Origin: Natronospirales bacterium | Lineage (GTDB): Bacteria; Pseudomonadota; Gammaproteobacteria; Natronospirales; REEB76 | Direction of reading: 5' to 3' | Length of the DNA: 64,000 nucleotides | NCBI GenBank assembly: GCA_021792635.1 | Contig: JAJYUH010000001.1 | Span: 280,710-344,709 of the forward strand | Shown here: one piece after another, positions 27,250 to 36,408 of the stretch | Layout: each line of letters begins with the position of its first letter | How positions within the stretch are numbered: position 1 is the first letter of the stretch | Notes under the pieces: generated by a model | Databases searched by the model: none | What the model was told of the DNA's origin: nothing | Seen by the model: only the letters and a program-made list of their open reading frames with translations | Program-made: the position numbers and the translations under genes

Positions 27250-29058
27250 GTGAAGCCAACGGATATTTCCAACCCCGACTACTTTCATCGGGTGGTGGAT
27301 TGCCAATGGGCCTGCCCGGCGCACACCGACGTTCCCCAATACATCCGCCTCATCGCCCAGGGCCGCTTCGCCGACGCCTACCTGCTCAACCGGGAATCCA
27401 ATGTATTCCCCGGCATCCTCGGGCGGGTCTGCGACCGCCCCTGCGAGCCCGCCTGCCGCCGCGGCCGCGTGGATGAGAAGCCGGTGGCCATCTGCCGGCT
27501 GAAACGCGTGGCCGCCGATTTGAAAGGCAACATCGCCGCGCGCCTGCCGGGAATCCCCAAGCAGAAGAACGGCAAACGCATCGCCTGCATCGGCGCCGGC
27601 TGCGCCTCACTCACCGTTGCCAACGATCTCCTGCCGCTGGGCTACGAAGTGGTGATGTTCGAGAAACAGCGCGAGCCCGGCGGCCTGATGCGCACCAACA
27701 TCCCCGCCTTCCGCCTGCCGGCGGAGGTGCTGGGTGAAGAGATCCGCGTGATCGTGGACATGGGCGTGGAGCTGCGCCTGAATGAATCCGTCGCCAGCAT
27801 GCGGCAACTGCTCAGCCGGGGATTCGACGCGGTATTCGTGGGCAGCGGCGCGCCGCGCGGCAAAAATCTGGAAATCCCCGGCCGCTACGACGATGCCGCG
27901 CACGTGCACATCGGCATTGATTGGTTGGAGTCCGTCGCTTTCGGCCACATCAACGCCGTCGGCCGGCAAGTACTCATCATCGGCGCCGGCAACACCGCCA
28001 TGGATTGCTGCCGCACCGCGCTCAGGATCGGCGCCCGGGATGTGAAGGTCATGGCGCGCAAGCCGCTCACCCAGCTCAAGGCCTCCGACTGGGAACTGGA
28101 GGATGCCATGGAGGAGAGCGTGGAGATCATCCAGTGCCACGCGCCCACGGAGTTCGTATTGGAGCACGGCCGCGTCTGCGGCATGCGGTTCGAGGTGCTG
28201 GAGTACTACCAGGAAAACGGCAAGCAGAAATCCAGGAAGCTCGGCGACCGGTTTCTGCCCGCCGACGACATCGTGCTGGCCATCGGCCAGGAGAACGCCT
28301 TCCCCTGGATAGAGCGCGACATCGGCATCGAGTTCGATCAGTGGGACGTGCCGGTGGTGGACCGCAAGACCATGCAGAGCACGCGTGCCGGCATTTTCTT
28401 CGGCGGTGACGCCGCCTTCGGGCCGGAGAACATCATCTGGGCGGTGGAGCACGGCCACCAGGCGGCCATCTCCATCCACAAATACTGCCATGGCGAGGAT
28501 ATCGGCGTGCGCCCGCCGTTTGCCGTGAATCTCACCAGTACCAAGATGGGCATCCACGAATGGAGCTACAGCAACAGCTTCGATACCTCGGTGCGGCGGC
28601 TGGTGCCGCACGTGAGCCTCCAGGAGCGCTTCAAGAAAATCAACATCGAGGTGGAGTTGGGCTTTACCGACGAGCAGACCCGCGTGGAGGTGGAGCGCTG
28701 CCTCAACTGCGACATCCAGACAGTGTTCTTCGCGTCCAAGTGCATCGAATGCGATGCCTGTATCGACGTGTGTCCCACCGCCTGCCTCACCATCACCCAC
28801 AACGGTGAAGAGGACGACCTGCGCGCCCGCCTCAAGGCGCCGGCGGACAACCGCAAGCAGCCGCTGTTCGTCTCGGAGCCCCTGAAGCAGACCGGTCGGG
28901 TGATGGTGAAGGACGAGGACCAGTGCGTGCACTGCGGCCTGTGCGCGGAGCGCTGTCCCACCGCCGCCTGGGATATGCAGAAGTCCTCCGTGAAAATTCC
29001 CTACGCCGGCGACGAGCTGGCCGGCACGGCGCAACCGCCCCAGCGCCGCCGCGCGTGA
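27250..29058 (+). CDS. FAD/NAD(P)H oxidoreductase (GltD-like) fused to 2x[4Fe-4S] ferredoxin domain, KorC-like
   Basis: 'CIGAGCASLTVA' and 'IIGAGNTAMDC' dinucleotide folds, N-terminal Cys cluster, C-terminal 'CLNCD...CIECDACIDVCP' and 'CVHCGLCAERCP'. GTG start. Confidence 0.75.
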   Translation: MKPTDISNPDYFHRVVDCQWACPAHTDVPQYIRLIAQGRFADAYLLNRESNVFPGILGRVCDRPCEPACRRGRVDEKPVAICRLKRVAADLKGNIAARLPGIPKQKNGKRIACIGAGCASLTVANDLLPLGYEVVMFEKQREPGGLMRTNIPAFRLPAEVLGEEIRVIVDMGVELRLNESVASMRQLLSRGFDAVFVGSGAPRGKNLEIPGRYDDAAHVHIGIDWLESVAFGHINAVGRQVLIIGAGNTAMDCCRTALRIGARDVKVMARKPLTQLKASDWELEDAMEESVEIIQCHAPTEFVLEHGRVCGMRFEVLEYYQENGKQKSRKLGDRFLPADDIVLAIGQENAFPWIERDIGIEFDQWDVPVVDRKTMQSTRAGIFFGGDAAFGPENIIWAVEHGHQAAISIHKYCHGEDIGVRPPFAVNLTSTKMGIHEWSYSNSFDTSVRRLVPHVSLQERFKKINIEVELGFTDEQTRVEVERCLNCDIQTVFFASKCIECDACIDVCPTACLTITHNGEEDDLRARLKAPADNRKQPLFVSEPLKQTGRVMVKDEDQCVHCGLCAERCPTAAWDMQKSSVKIPYAGDELAGTAQPPQRRRA

Positions 29059-29063
29059 GCCCC

Positions 29064-30869
29064 ATGAACGCGCGCATCAACGACTTTGTCATCAAGATCG
29101 CCAACGTCAACGGCACCGGTTCGGCGAGCGCCAACGGCCTGCTGATGAAGGCCATCTTCCGCATGGGCATCCCGGTGGTGGGCAAGAACTTTTTCCCCTC
29201 CAACATCCAGGGCCTGCCCACCTGGTTCGAGATCCGCGTGAGCCGCGAAGGCTATCTCGCCCGCTCCGGCCGCGTGGACATCATGGTGGCGATGAATGCC
29301 CAGACCTATGCGCGCGATCTGGCGGACGTGAGCCCCGGCGGCTATCTGCTCTACGATTCCACCTGGCCGCGGGACAAACAGCTCACGCGCGACGACATCA
29401 CCCTCATCGGCATCCCCCTGGCGCAGATGGTGAACCAGCAGTTCGAGAACATCCGCGCGCGCATCCTCATGAAGAATGTGTGTTACCTGGGAGCGCTGGC
29501 GGCGCTCCTCGATCTCGACATGCGGGTGCTGGAGGAGCTGCTCAAGGAAACCTTCGCCGACAAGCAGAAGCTCATCGCCGGCAACCTCAAGGCCATCGAG
29601 CTCGGCTACCAGTATGCGAAACAGCACTGTGACTGTCCGCTGCCGCTCAGGCTCGAGCCCATGCACGCCACCGCCGGCCACATCATGGTGGACGGCAATA
29701 CCCTGGCGGCGCTCGGCTGTGTATATGCCGGCGCCACCGTCGGCGCCTGGTATCCCATCACGCCGTCCACCTCGCTCATGGACGCCTTCAAGGAGTTCTG
29801 CGAGCGTTACCGCGTGGACCCCGAGACCGGCAAGCAGCGTTACTGCATCGTGCAGGCGGAGGATGAGCTGGCCGCCATCGGCATGGTGCTGGGCGCCGGC
29901 TGGAACGGCGCGCGCGCCTTCACGCCCACCAGCGGTCCCGGCCTTTCGCTCATGAATGAATTCATCGGTTTCGCCTACTACGCGGAAATCCCGGCGGTGA
30001 TTTTTGACGTGCAGCGCGTGGGTCCCTCCACCGGCATGCCCACGCGCACCCAGCAGGCGGACCTGCTGTTCGCAGCCTATGCCTCCCACGGCGACACCCG
30101 TCATGTGCTGCTGTTCCCGGCGGATCCGGCCGAGTGCTTCCACATGGCGGTGGCGGCCTTCGATCTGGCCGAGCGCCTGCAGACGCCGGTGATGGTGCTC
30201 TCCGACCTGGACATCGGCATGAACGACTGGATGGTGCCGAAGCTGCGCTGGGATGAAGGCTACGTGCCGGACCGCGGCAAGGTGTATTCACGGGAACAAT
30301 TGCAGGACATGCAGGTGTTCCACCGTTACACGGACAGCGACGGCGACGGCATCGCCTATCGCAGCCTGCCCGGCGTGCATCCCGGGGGCGCGTATTTCAC
30401 GCGCGGTTCCGGCCACGATCGCCGCGGCGCCTACACCGAGGACGCGGACGAATACCAGGACGTGCTGGACCGCCTGCGGCGCAAGCACGACACCGCGAAA
30501 GCACTGGTGCCGGCACCGGTGGTACGCAGCAAGAAGGGCGTGAAGACCGGCATCGTCTCCATCGGCAGTTGCGACGCCGCCGTGCGCGAGGCGCTCGACA
30601 TCCTCGCCCGGGGAGGCACCGAGGTGAACTATCTCAGGGTGCGCGGCTTCCCCTTCAACCGCGAGGTGGAGGAATTTATCGAGCGGCACGAACACCTCTT
30701 CGTGGTGGAGCAGAATCGCGATGCCCAGTTGAAAGCATTATTGCTGCTGGAGACCAAGGTGGAGCGGCGCAAACTCACTTCCATTCTGCACTACGGCGGC
30801 ATGCCCATGGATTCACGCTGTATCGTCAGCGGTATCAATGAGGCGCTCGCCAAAGGAGCCGCGGCATGA
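29064..30869 (+). CDS. korA: 2-oxoacid:acceptor oxidoreductase, alpha subunit
   Basis: 601 aa. 'KIANVNGTGSASANGLL' N-terminus and overall KorA/OorA-like organisation. ATG 29064 preferred over the track start 28923. Confidence 0.85.
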   Translation: MNARINDFVIKIANVNGTGSASANGLLMKAIFRMGIPVVGKNFFPSNIQGLPTWFEIRVSREGYLARSGRVDIMVAMNAQTYARDLADVSPGGYLLYDSTWPRDKQLTRDDITLIGIPLAQMVNQQFENIRARILMKNVCYLGALAALLDLDMRVLEELLKETFADKQKLIAGNLKAIELGYQYAKQHCDCPLPLRLEPMHATAGHIMVDGNTLAALGCVYAGATVGAWYPITPSTSLMDAFKEFCERYRVDPETGKQRYCIVQAEDELAAIGMVLGAGWNGARAFTPTSGPGLSLMNEFIGFAYYAEIPAVIFDVQRVGPSTGMPTRTQQADLLFAAYASHGDTRHVLLFPADPAECFHMAVAAFDLAERLQTPVMVLSDLDIGMNDWMVPKLRWDEGYVPDRGKVYSREQLQDMQVFHRYTDSDGDGIAYRSLPGVHPGGAYFTRGSGHDRRGAYTEDADEYQDVLDRLRRKHDTAKALVPAPVVRSKKGVKTGIVSIGSCDAAVREALDILARGGTEVNYLRVRGFPFNREVEEFIERHEHLFVVEQNRDAQLKALLLLETKVERRKLTSILHYGGMPMDSRCIVSGINEALAKGAAA

Positions 30870-31921
30870 GCTTCATGCAGAAACCCAGGGTCAGCCATTC
30901 CCAGTTGCCGCGCAACGAGCTCGGCCTCACCACCCGCGACTACGAAGGCAGCATGTCCACGCTGTGCGCCGGCTGCGGCCACGATTCCATCACCGCGGCG
31001 CTCATCCAGGCTTTCTGGGAGCTGAACATCGAACCGTACAAGGTCGCCAAGATGAGCGGCATCGGCTGCTCGTCCAAGACACCCGCGTATTTCCTGGCGG
31101 AAGCCCACGGCATCAACGCCGTACATGGGCGCATGCCGTCCATCGCCACCGGCGCCAATGCCGCCGACCGCAACCTGTATTACCTCGGCGTGTCCGGCGA
31201 CGGCGACTCGCTGTCCATCGGCTTCGGCCAGTTCGCCCACGCCCTGCGCCGCAACATCAACATGCTCTACATCATCGAGAACAACGGCGTCTATGGCCTC
31301 ACCAAGGGCCAGTTCTCGGCTTCCGCGGACGTGGGCAGCAAGGCCAAGAAGGGCGAGGTGAACCAGCAGCCGCCCATTGACCCGGTGATCGCCGCGCTCA
31401 CGCTCGGCGGCAGTTTCGTGGCGCGCAGTTTCTCCGGCGACAAGGGCCAGCTGGTGCCGCTCATCAAGGCCGGCATCATGCACAACGGTTTTGCGCTTCT
31501 GGACGTGCTTTCGCCCTGCGTGACCTTCAACGATCACGAGGACTCCACCAAGAGCTACGCCCATACCCGCCAGTTCTACCACCCGGCGGTACATGCCGAC
31601 TTCGTGCCGCAGAAAAAACCCATCCGCGCCGCCTATGACGACGGCGAGTCCATGCCGGTGGAACTGCACGACGGCAGCACCGTGGTGCTGCGCAAGGTGT
31701 CGAAGGATTACAATCCCACCAACCGCGCCCGGGCCTACAGTTACCTGCACGAACACCAGAAGCGCGGCGAGATCGTCACCGGCCTCCTGTATATAGATGA
31801 AGATCAGCGCGAGATGCACGACATCAGCAACACCGTGAGCGCGGCGCTGCGTGACCTGCCATATGCGGAACTCTGTCCCGGCAGCGCCGCCCTGGAGGAA
31901 ATCCAGAATCTCTATCGTTGA
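30866..31921 (+). CDS. korB: 2-oxoacid:ferredoxin oxidoreductase, beta (TPP-binding) subunit
   Basis: 'CAGCGHDSI' Fe-S Cys motif and 'GVSGDGDSLSIG...NNGVYGLTKGQ' TPP-binding motif. ATGA overlap with korA. Confidence 0.9.
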   Translation: MSFMQKPRVSHSQLPRNELGLTTRDYEGSMSTLCAGCGHDSITAALIQAFWELNIEPYKVAKMSGIGCSSKTPAYFLAEAHGINAVHGRMPSIATGANAADRNLYYLGVSGDGDSLSIGFGQFAHALRRNINMLYIIENNGVYGLTKGQFSASADVGSKAKKGEVNQQPPIDPVIAALTLGGSFVARSFSGDKGQLVPLIKAGIMHNGFALLDVLSPCVTFNDHEDSTKSYAHTRQFYHPAVHADFVPQKKPIRAAYDDGESMPVELHDGSTVVLRKVSKDYNPTNRARAYSYLHEHQKRGEIVTGLLYIDEDQREMHDISNTVSAALRDLPYAELCPGSAALEEIQNLYR

Positions 31922-31960
31922 CGGAAACGGATTTCCGCGCCGACGGTCAAGAGAAAGCGA

Positions 31961-32179
31961 CTACCCAAGCCTCCCCTTCTCATCCGGCAATAAGCGTTCA
32001 ATCACTGCTGTTTCGGTAGGCGCATGGGTGATGCGCTGGATCAACTTCAGAGCCTTGTGCGCAGCGGGCGACAGGCGCCGCGTTTTACGTGCATCGCCCC
32101 GTTGCTTGAGTGCGCGGACTGATACATTGACTCGTTCGGTGGCGGTCATGCCGGGCTTGAATTTCCGTCTGCGCGGCAT
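31961..32179 (-). CDS. possible small ribbon-helix-helix-type DNA-binding protein (orphan)
   Basis: 72 aa from the second Met. 'ERVNVSV' strand-like then 'LSPAAHKALKLIQRI...TETAVIERLL' helix-like segments. Moderate GC3. No partner gene. Confidence 0.3.
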   Translation of the reverse strand: MPRRRKFKPGMTATERVNVSVRALKQRGDARKTRRLSPAAHKALKLIQRITHAPTETAVIERLLPDEKGRLG

Positions 32180-32342
32180 CGCCCTGCTCGCTCTGCAGCA
32201 CGTTGCCGGCATGCCGATTCACGATCCGCGGAGTTTCTGGCAGTATCTGAAGAAGACCTGAGTTGATAAAATCCCGCGCGCATGCCGCTGCGATTCGCGG
32301 CCAATGGCACCCACTCATCCTGCAGCCGAATCCGGTCATCCC

Positions 32343-33536
32343 ATGAAAACCGATTCCATGACCGGCGCCGAACGCCGCGCCGCCCTCTCGCTTGCGGGCA
32401 TTTTCTCCCTGCGCATGCTGGGGCTGTTCATGATCTACCCGGTGTTCGCGCTGTACGCGCGCACTCTGCCGGACGCCACGCCCTTCACCATCGGACTGGC
32501 GCTGGGCATCTACGGCCTCACCCAGGCGATCCTGCAGATTCCATTCGGCTTCCTCTCCGACCGCTTCGGACGCAAGCGCATCATCGCCATGGGACTGGTG
32601 CTGTTTGCCGCGGGCAGCATGCTGGCGGCGCTTTCCCATTCGATTGACGGCATCATCGCCGGGCGGCTGCTGCAGGGCGCGGGGGCGGTGGGTTCGGCGA
32701 TCCTGGCGCTGGCGGCGGATCTGACGCGCGAGCGGCACCGCACCAAGGCCATGGCCATCATCGGCATGACCATCGGCTTGGCCTTCGCGTTCGCATTGGT
32801 GGCGGGTCCGGTGCTCAATTCCCTCATCGGCGTGTCCGGCATCTTCTGGCTCACGGCGGCACTGGCACTCGCCGGCATCGGCGTACTCTTCGGCCTCGTG
32901 CCCCGTCCGGTGCGCAGCCCGCCGCAGGAAGATGCCGAGGCGGTGCCGGCGCTGTTTCGCCGCGTGCTCAGCGACCGCGAACTGCTGCGCCTGGATTTCG
33001 GTATCTTCGTGCAGCATGCCATCCTTACGGCGAGTTTCCTGAGCGTGCCCCTGGTGCTGCGTGCCGCGGGGGTACAGAGCCATGATCAGTGGTTCGTTTA
33101 TCTGCCGGTGCTGGCGCTCTCGGTGCTGTTCATGGTGCCGTGCATCATCATCGCCGAGCGCGGCGGACGCCTGAAACCGGTGTTTCTGGGCGGTGTGGCC
33201 GCGCTTGCCGCGGCGGAACTGCTGCTGTTTGCCGGCCACGCCCACCTGCCGGTGGTGCTGCTGGCGCTCACGCTGTTTTTCACCGGCTTCAATCTGCTGG
33301 AATCCATGCTGCCTTCGATCATCTCGCGGGTGGCGCCGCCCCACGCCAAAGGCACGGCCCTGGGCGTATATTCCTCCGCGCAGTTCTTCGGCATCTTCGT
33401 CGGCGGCGCGCTGGGGGGCGCAGTGCAGGGGTGGCTGGGGTTTGCCGGCGCGTTTGGCTTTTCGGCGCTGCTCGCAGCGCTCTGGTTGCTGGTAGCGGTT
33501 GCCATGCATTCCCCCCTTCCGCGCACCAGTCACTGA
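32343..33536 (+). CDS. MFS transporter
   Basis: About 12 TM helices. 'LSDRFGRKRII' (MFS loop 2-3 motif). Confidence 0.8.
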   Translation: MKTDSMTGAERRAALSLAGIFSLRMLGLFMIYPVFALYARTLPDATPFTIGLALGIYGLTQAILQIPFGFLSDRFGRKRIIAMGLVLFAAGSMLAALSHSIDGIIAGRLLQGAGAVGSAILALAADLTRERHRTKAMAIIGMTIGLAFAFALVAGPVLNSLIGVSGIFWLTAALALAGIGVLFGLVPRPVRSPPQEDAEAVPALFRRVLSDRELLRLDFGIFVQHAILTASFLSVPLVLRAAGVQSHDQWFVYLPVLALSVLFMVPCIIIAERGGRLKPVFLGGVAALAAAELLLFAGHAHLPVVLLALTLFFTGFNLLESMLPSIISRVAPPHAKGTALGVYSSAQFFGIFVGGALGGAVQGWLGFAGAFGFSALLAALWLLVAVAMHSPLPRTSH

Positions 33537-33658
33537 GCGTTGCCGCAGCGGCGGTCTTCGGGATGGCGATGCTTGCTGCGGGGACTCAGGCACCGTAACC
33601 GGGGCGACCGCTGCCGCCAATGCATAATCAGCCGGATTTTCCGGATATTTTTATTCGA

Positions 33659-33676
33659 GTATCCGGATTATCGTGT
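33659..33676. repeat. left 18-bp inverted repeat flanking the phd-vapC cassette (GTATCCGGATTATCGTGT)
   Basis: Perfect reverse complement of 34409-34426. Embedded in a patch of CCGGAT motifs that includes an 8-bp-stem hairpin (33640-33647 / 33660-33667). Confidence 0.85.
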
Positions 33677-33681
33677 GTTTT

Positions 33682-33730
33682 TGCCGGGTTGCGGACGTTT
33701 CCAATATAGACTAGACTAATTAAACTTAGT
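33682..33730 (+). promoter_or_regulatory. putative phd-vapC promoter plus palindromic operator
   Basis: 'TTGCCG'-17 nt-'ATATAG' sigma70-like spacing, followed by direct 'TAGACTAGAC' and the palindrome ACTAA-N6-TTAGT (33715-33730), just upstream of the antitoxin start. Confidence 0.4.
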
Positions 33731-33746
33731 TTGTATGGGATATGCC

Positions 33747-33986
33747 ATGCACACGGTTAATATGCACGAAGCGAAAACTCAGCTTTCAAAGCTGGTGGAC
33801 AAGGCCGTCAAGGGCGAGCCGTTCATTATCGCCAAGGCAGGTAAGCCTTTGGTGAGGGTCACCGCGCTGGAAACCGCCGTGCGCGCCCAACGGCTCGGGT
33901 TCCTGACTGGAGAAATTGAGGTGCCTGATGACTTCGATCAGATGGGTGCCCAGCCAATTCAAGAGCTGTTCGAGGGCAAACCGTGA
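33747..33986 (+). CDS. Phd/YefM-family antitoxin
   Basis: 'MHTVNMHEAKTQLSKLVDKAVKGEPFIIAKAGKPLVRV' is a canonical Phd/YefM N-terminus. Alternative ATG at 33735. ATGA-type overlap with the toxin gene. Confidence 0.8.
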   Translation: MHTVNMHEAKTQLSKLVDKAVKGEPFIIAKAGKPLVRVTALETAVRAQRLGFLTGEIEVPDDFDQMGAQPIQELFEGKP

Positions 33987-34369
33987 AGCTGTTGCTGGAT
34001 ACGCACGTCCTGTTGTGGGCGGTCGGACAGCCCGAAAAACTGTCATCAGGGGCACGCAAACTGATCGAGAGTCGGCGCAATGAGCTGTTTTTCAGCGTCG
34101 CCAATCTGTGGGAAGTGGCGATCAAACACGATTTGAGACGGAAGGATTTCCGCGTGGACCCGAGATTATTGCGCCGTGGATTGCTGGACAATGGCTATGG
34201 GGAGCTACCCATTACCAGCGAGCACGCCGTGGCGGTAGATGGTTTGCCGCCCATCCACAAGGATCCATTTGATCGTCTATTGGTGGCGCAGGCAATGGTT
34301 GAAGGCATCACCCTGCTCACTGTTGATCGGCAAGTTGCAAAGTACCCCGGCCCGATTCGCCAAGTGTGA
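33983..34369 (+). CDS. vapC: PIN-domain toxin, VapC family
   Basis: 128 aa. 'LLDTHVLLW' (first acidic PIN residue), 'SVANLWEVAIK', 'DPFDRLLVAQA' (conserved Asp). Confidence 0.85.
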   Translation: MKLLLDTHVLLWAVGQPEKLSSGARKLIESRRNELFFSVANLWEVAIKHDLRRKDFRVDPRLLRRGLLDNGYGELPITSEHAVAVDGLPPIHKDPFDRLLVAQAMVEGITLLTVDRQVAKYPGPIRQV

Positions 34370-34408
34370 GCGTTACAGAACTTCCCATATCCCGGATGAA
34401 CTGAAACA

Positions 34409-34426
34409 ACACGATAATCCGGATAC
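34409..34426. repeat. right 18-bp inverted repeat flanking the phd-vapC cassette (ACACGATAATCCGGATAC)
   Basis: Perfect reverse complement of 33659-33676, 40 nt after the vapC stop. Confidence 0.85.
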
Positions 34427-34522
34427 CTTTATTCAAAAACCGGTCATACAGCATGCCGGCAATCCGTGCGGAGGCGCGGACGAAACCGCCGGCTTCCCGG
34501 CGGCACGCTCAGAGGTTCACGC

Positions 34523-35206
34523 TTGAAACGGCATGGCATCAGGGTGTTTCGGGCGGCGACTGCGGCTGCGGTTCTTGGCATCGCGTGCGGCGTGCTGCCG
34601 GTGCCGGGGTGCACGACCCTTAATCCCGGCAGTGGTCCCGCAGTGTACCGGCGCAGCGCGGGCTTGGCGCGCGCAATCTCCGGCGAGCCCCTCTGGGTTT
34701 TCGATGCCGGGTGGCACACGGGATTGGTGCTGTCGCGAGCCGAGATGGGGCCATCGCTTGCCGCGCTGTTGCGACGCTCGCCCCGGGCGCGCTACTTCGT
34801 ATGGGGTTGGGGTAACCGCCGGTACTACATGGCCGCCCGGCCGACGAGTGCCATGGGACTGGCCGCACTTTTTCCCTCCCGCAGCGTGGTATTGGTCCAG
34901 GCCTGTCGTCACAAACCGCCGCTGTGCTTCTCCCAGGGAGTACGCCTGCGCGCCATGACTGTTTCCCGCGGCGGCATAGTCCGTCTGGACGACTACCTGG
35001 TGCACTCTTTGCAGAACGGCGCACACGCAGACCTGCAGCCCGTTGCACCCGGTCCGTATCCCCACAGCGAATTCTTTGCCTCCGGGCTGTCCTATGACGC
35101 GTTTCACACCTGCAACACCTGGACCGCCGAGGCCCTCCGGGCAGCCGGTCTCCCGGTTTCCTCCGGCGGGGTCGTTTTTGCCGGTCAAGTGTGGCGCCAG
35201 CTATAG
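34523..35206 (+). CDS. DUF2459/TIGR02117-like putative lipoprotein
   Basis: 'GWHTGLVL', 'WGWGNRRYY' and 'HTCNTWTAEALRAAGLPV' blocks recalled from this family. TTG 34523 has an AGAGG 8 nt upstream; the track start is 34466. Confidence 0.5.
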   Translation: MKRHGIRVFRAATAAAVLGIACGVLPVPGCTTLNPGSGPAVYRRSAGLARAISGEPLWVFDAGWHTGLVLSRAEMGPSLAALLRRSPRARYFVWGWGNRRYYMAARPTSAMGLAALFPSRSVVLVQACRHKPPLCFSQGVRLRAMTVSRGGIVRLDDYLVHSLQNGAHADLQPVAPGPYPHSEFFASGLSYDAFHTCNTWTAEALRAAGLPVSSGGVVFAGQVWRQL

Positions 35207-35381
35207 ACGAAATTTCCGGGATACAGCGCCGTGCTCTGCGGAGGCCCCTGCCCCCGGGAAAAACCTGGCATTTCCCGCCGGTAGGGGTGATCCCCAGTGA
35301 CCCCGGCGGCATGTGCCCTTACAATGACCAACTCCCACCGGGGACCGGGCGGGATCCACCCTGAACACAGAGGACCGGCAC

Positions 35382-35870
35382 ATGGCACGCGGCGTCAACA
35401 AAGTCATTCTCATCGGTAACCTGGGCGCGGACCCGGAAGTGCGTTACATGCCGAGCGGCGGCGCGGTTGCCAACATCCGCATCGCCACCAGCGAATCCTG
35501 GAAGGACAAGGAAAGCGGCGAGCAGAAAGAGCGCACCGAATGGCACCGCATCACCTTCTACGGCCGACTGGCGGAAATCGCCGGCGAATACCTGAAGAAG
35601 GGCTCGCAGGTCTATATAGAAGGCCGGCTGCGCACCCGCACCTACGAGAAGGAGGGCCAGACCCACTATTCCACCGAGATCATCGCCGACAACATGCAGA
35701 TGCTGGGCTCGCGTGCCGGTGCCGGCGGGGTGGACCGCGTCAGCGCGGCGGACGACCCCAGGAAGTCCCCGCCGGGGGAAAGCCGCGGCGAACCCGAAAC
35801 GGTCGCCGCTCCGGCCTCCAATCCGGCCAAGACAGGCGGCGATTTCAACGACGACGATATACCGTTCTAG
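35382..35870 (+). CDS. ssb: single-stranded DNA-binding protein
   Basis: '[43 protein letters not shown]' OB-fold N-terminus, Gly/Pro-rich linker, acidic tip 'DDDIPF'. Confidence 0.95.
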   Translation: MARGVNKVILIGNLGADPEVRYMPSGGAVANIRIATSESWKDKESGEQKERTEWHRITFYGRLAEIAGEYLKKGSQVYIEGRLRTRTYEKEGQTHYSTEIIADNMQMLGSRAGAGGVDRVSAADDPRKSPPGESRGEPETVAAPASNPAKTGGDFNDDDIPF

Positions 35871-35899
35871 GGCATACCCCCGTCATTTTTGTAAACAAA

Positions 35900-35931
35900 C
35901 CCAGGTAGGCGTATGTCCTGCCTGGGTTTTT
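35900..35931 (+). terminator. rho-independent terminator after ssb
   Basis: 10-bp stem CCCAGGTAGG / CCTGCCTGGG (one G-U pair), 7-nt loop, followed by TTTTT. Confidence 0.65.
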
Positions 35932-36364
35932 GCTTGTTAACACTCCGGGCGCCATCGAGCAGGGTTCCCGGCAAGTGGATACCTGAATTATTTTGACAAC
36001 AACTGGGGAGACACCGGCGGTCGGTTTGGGTGAAAACAGCAACCGTGGGGTTCTCGCCGCCCTCATCCCATGAAGCGTTGTCCTCTCAATACCTCCGTAA
36101 GACGTTCCTTATGCAGTATTCCCCGGACCCCCACTCCGCCCAACAGTGGGTTTGGGTAGCGTCCCGACACAGGAACGTGCGCTCGGCATGCCCCCAGTCC
36201 CGCTGCCGCTGGACGATATAAACCGGCCCGGAAGCGGGGATGCGTGCGTTGCTGCCGAGCAGAAACACGAAGGTCCACTGGCACCACGTGCGCTGCTCCC
36301 CAGCACCTTGCGGGCATTATTCGTGCGAAGGAGTGCGTGGAGTGATGGTGCCAGAGGGTTTGGC

Positions 36365-36408
36365 TTTCTAATACCCAAATTGGGGTATATAATCCCCAAA
36401 ATGGGTAT
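36365..36408 (+). promoter_or_regulatory. putative promoter with two near-palindromic operators for the NTase/HEPN-like operon
   Basis: Perfect TATAAT at 36388-36393, with weak -35 'TTTCTA' 17 nt upstream. ATACCCAAATTGGGGTAT (36371-36388) fills the spacer. A second related site, ATCCCCAAAATGGGTAT (36392-36408), overlaps the first ATG. Confidence 0.45.
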
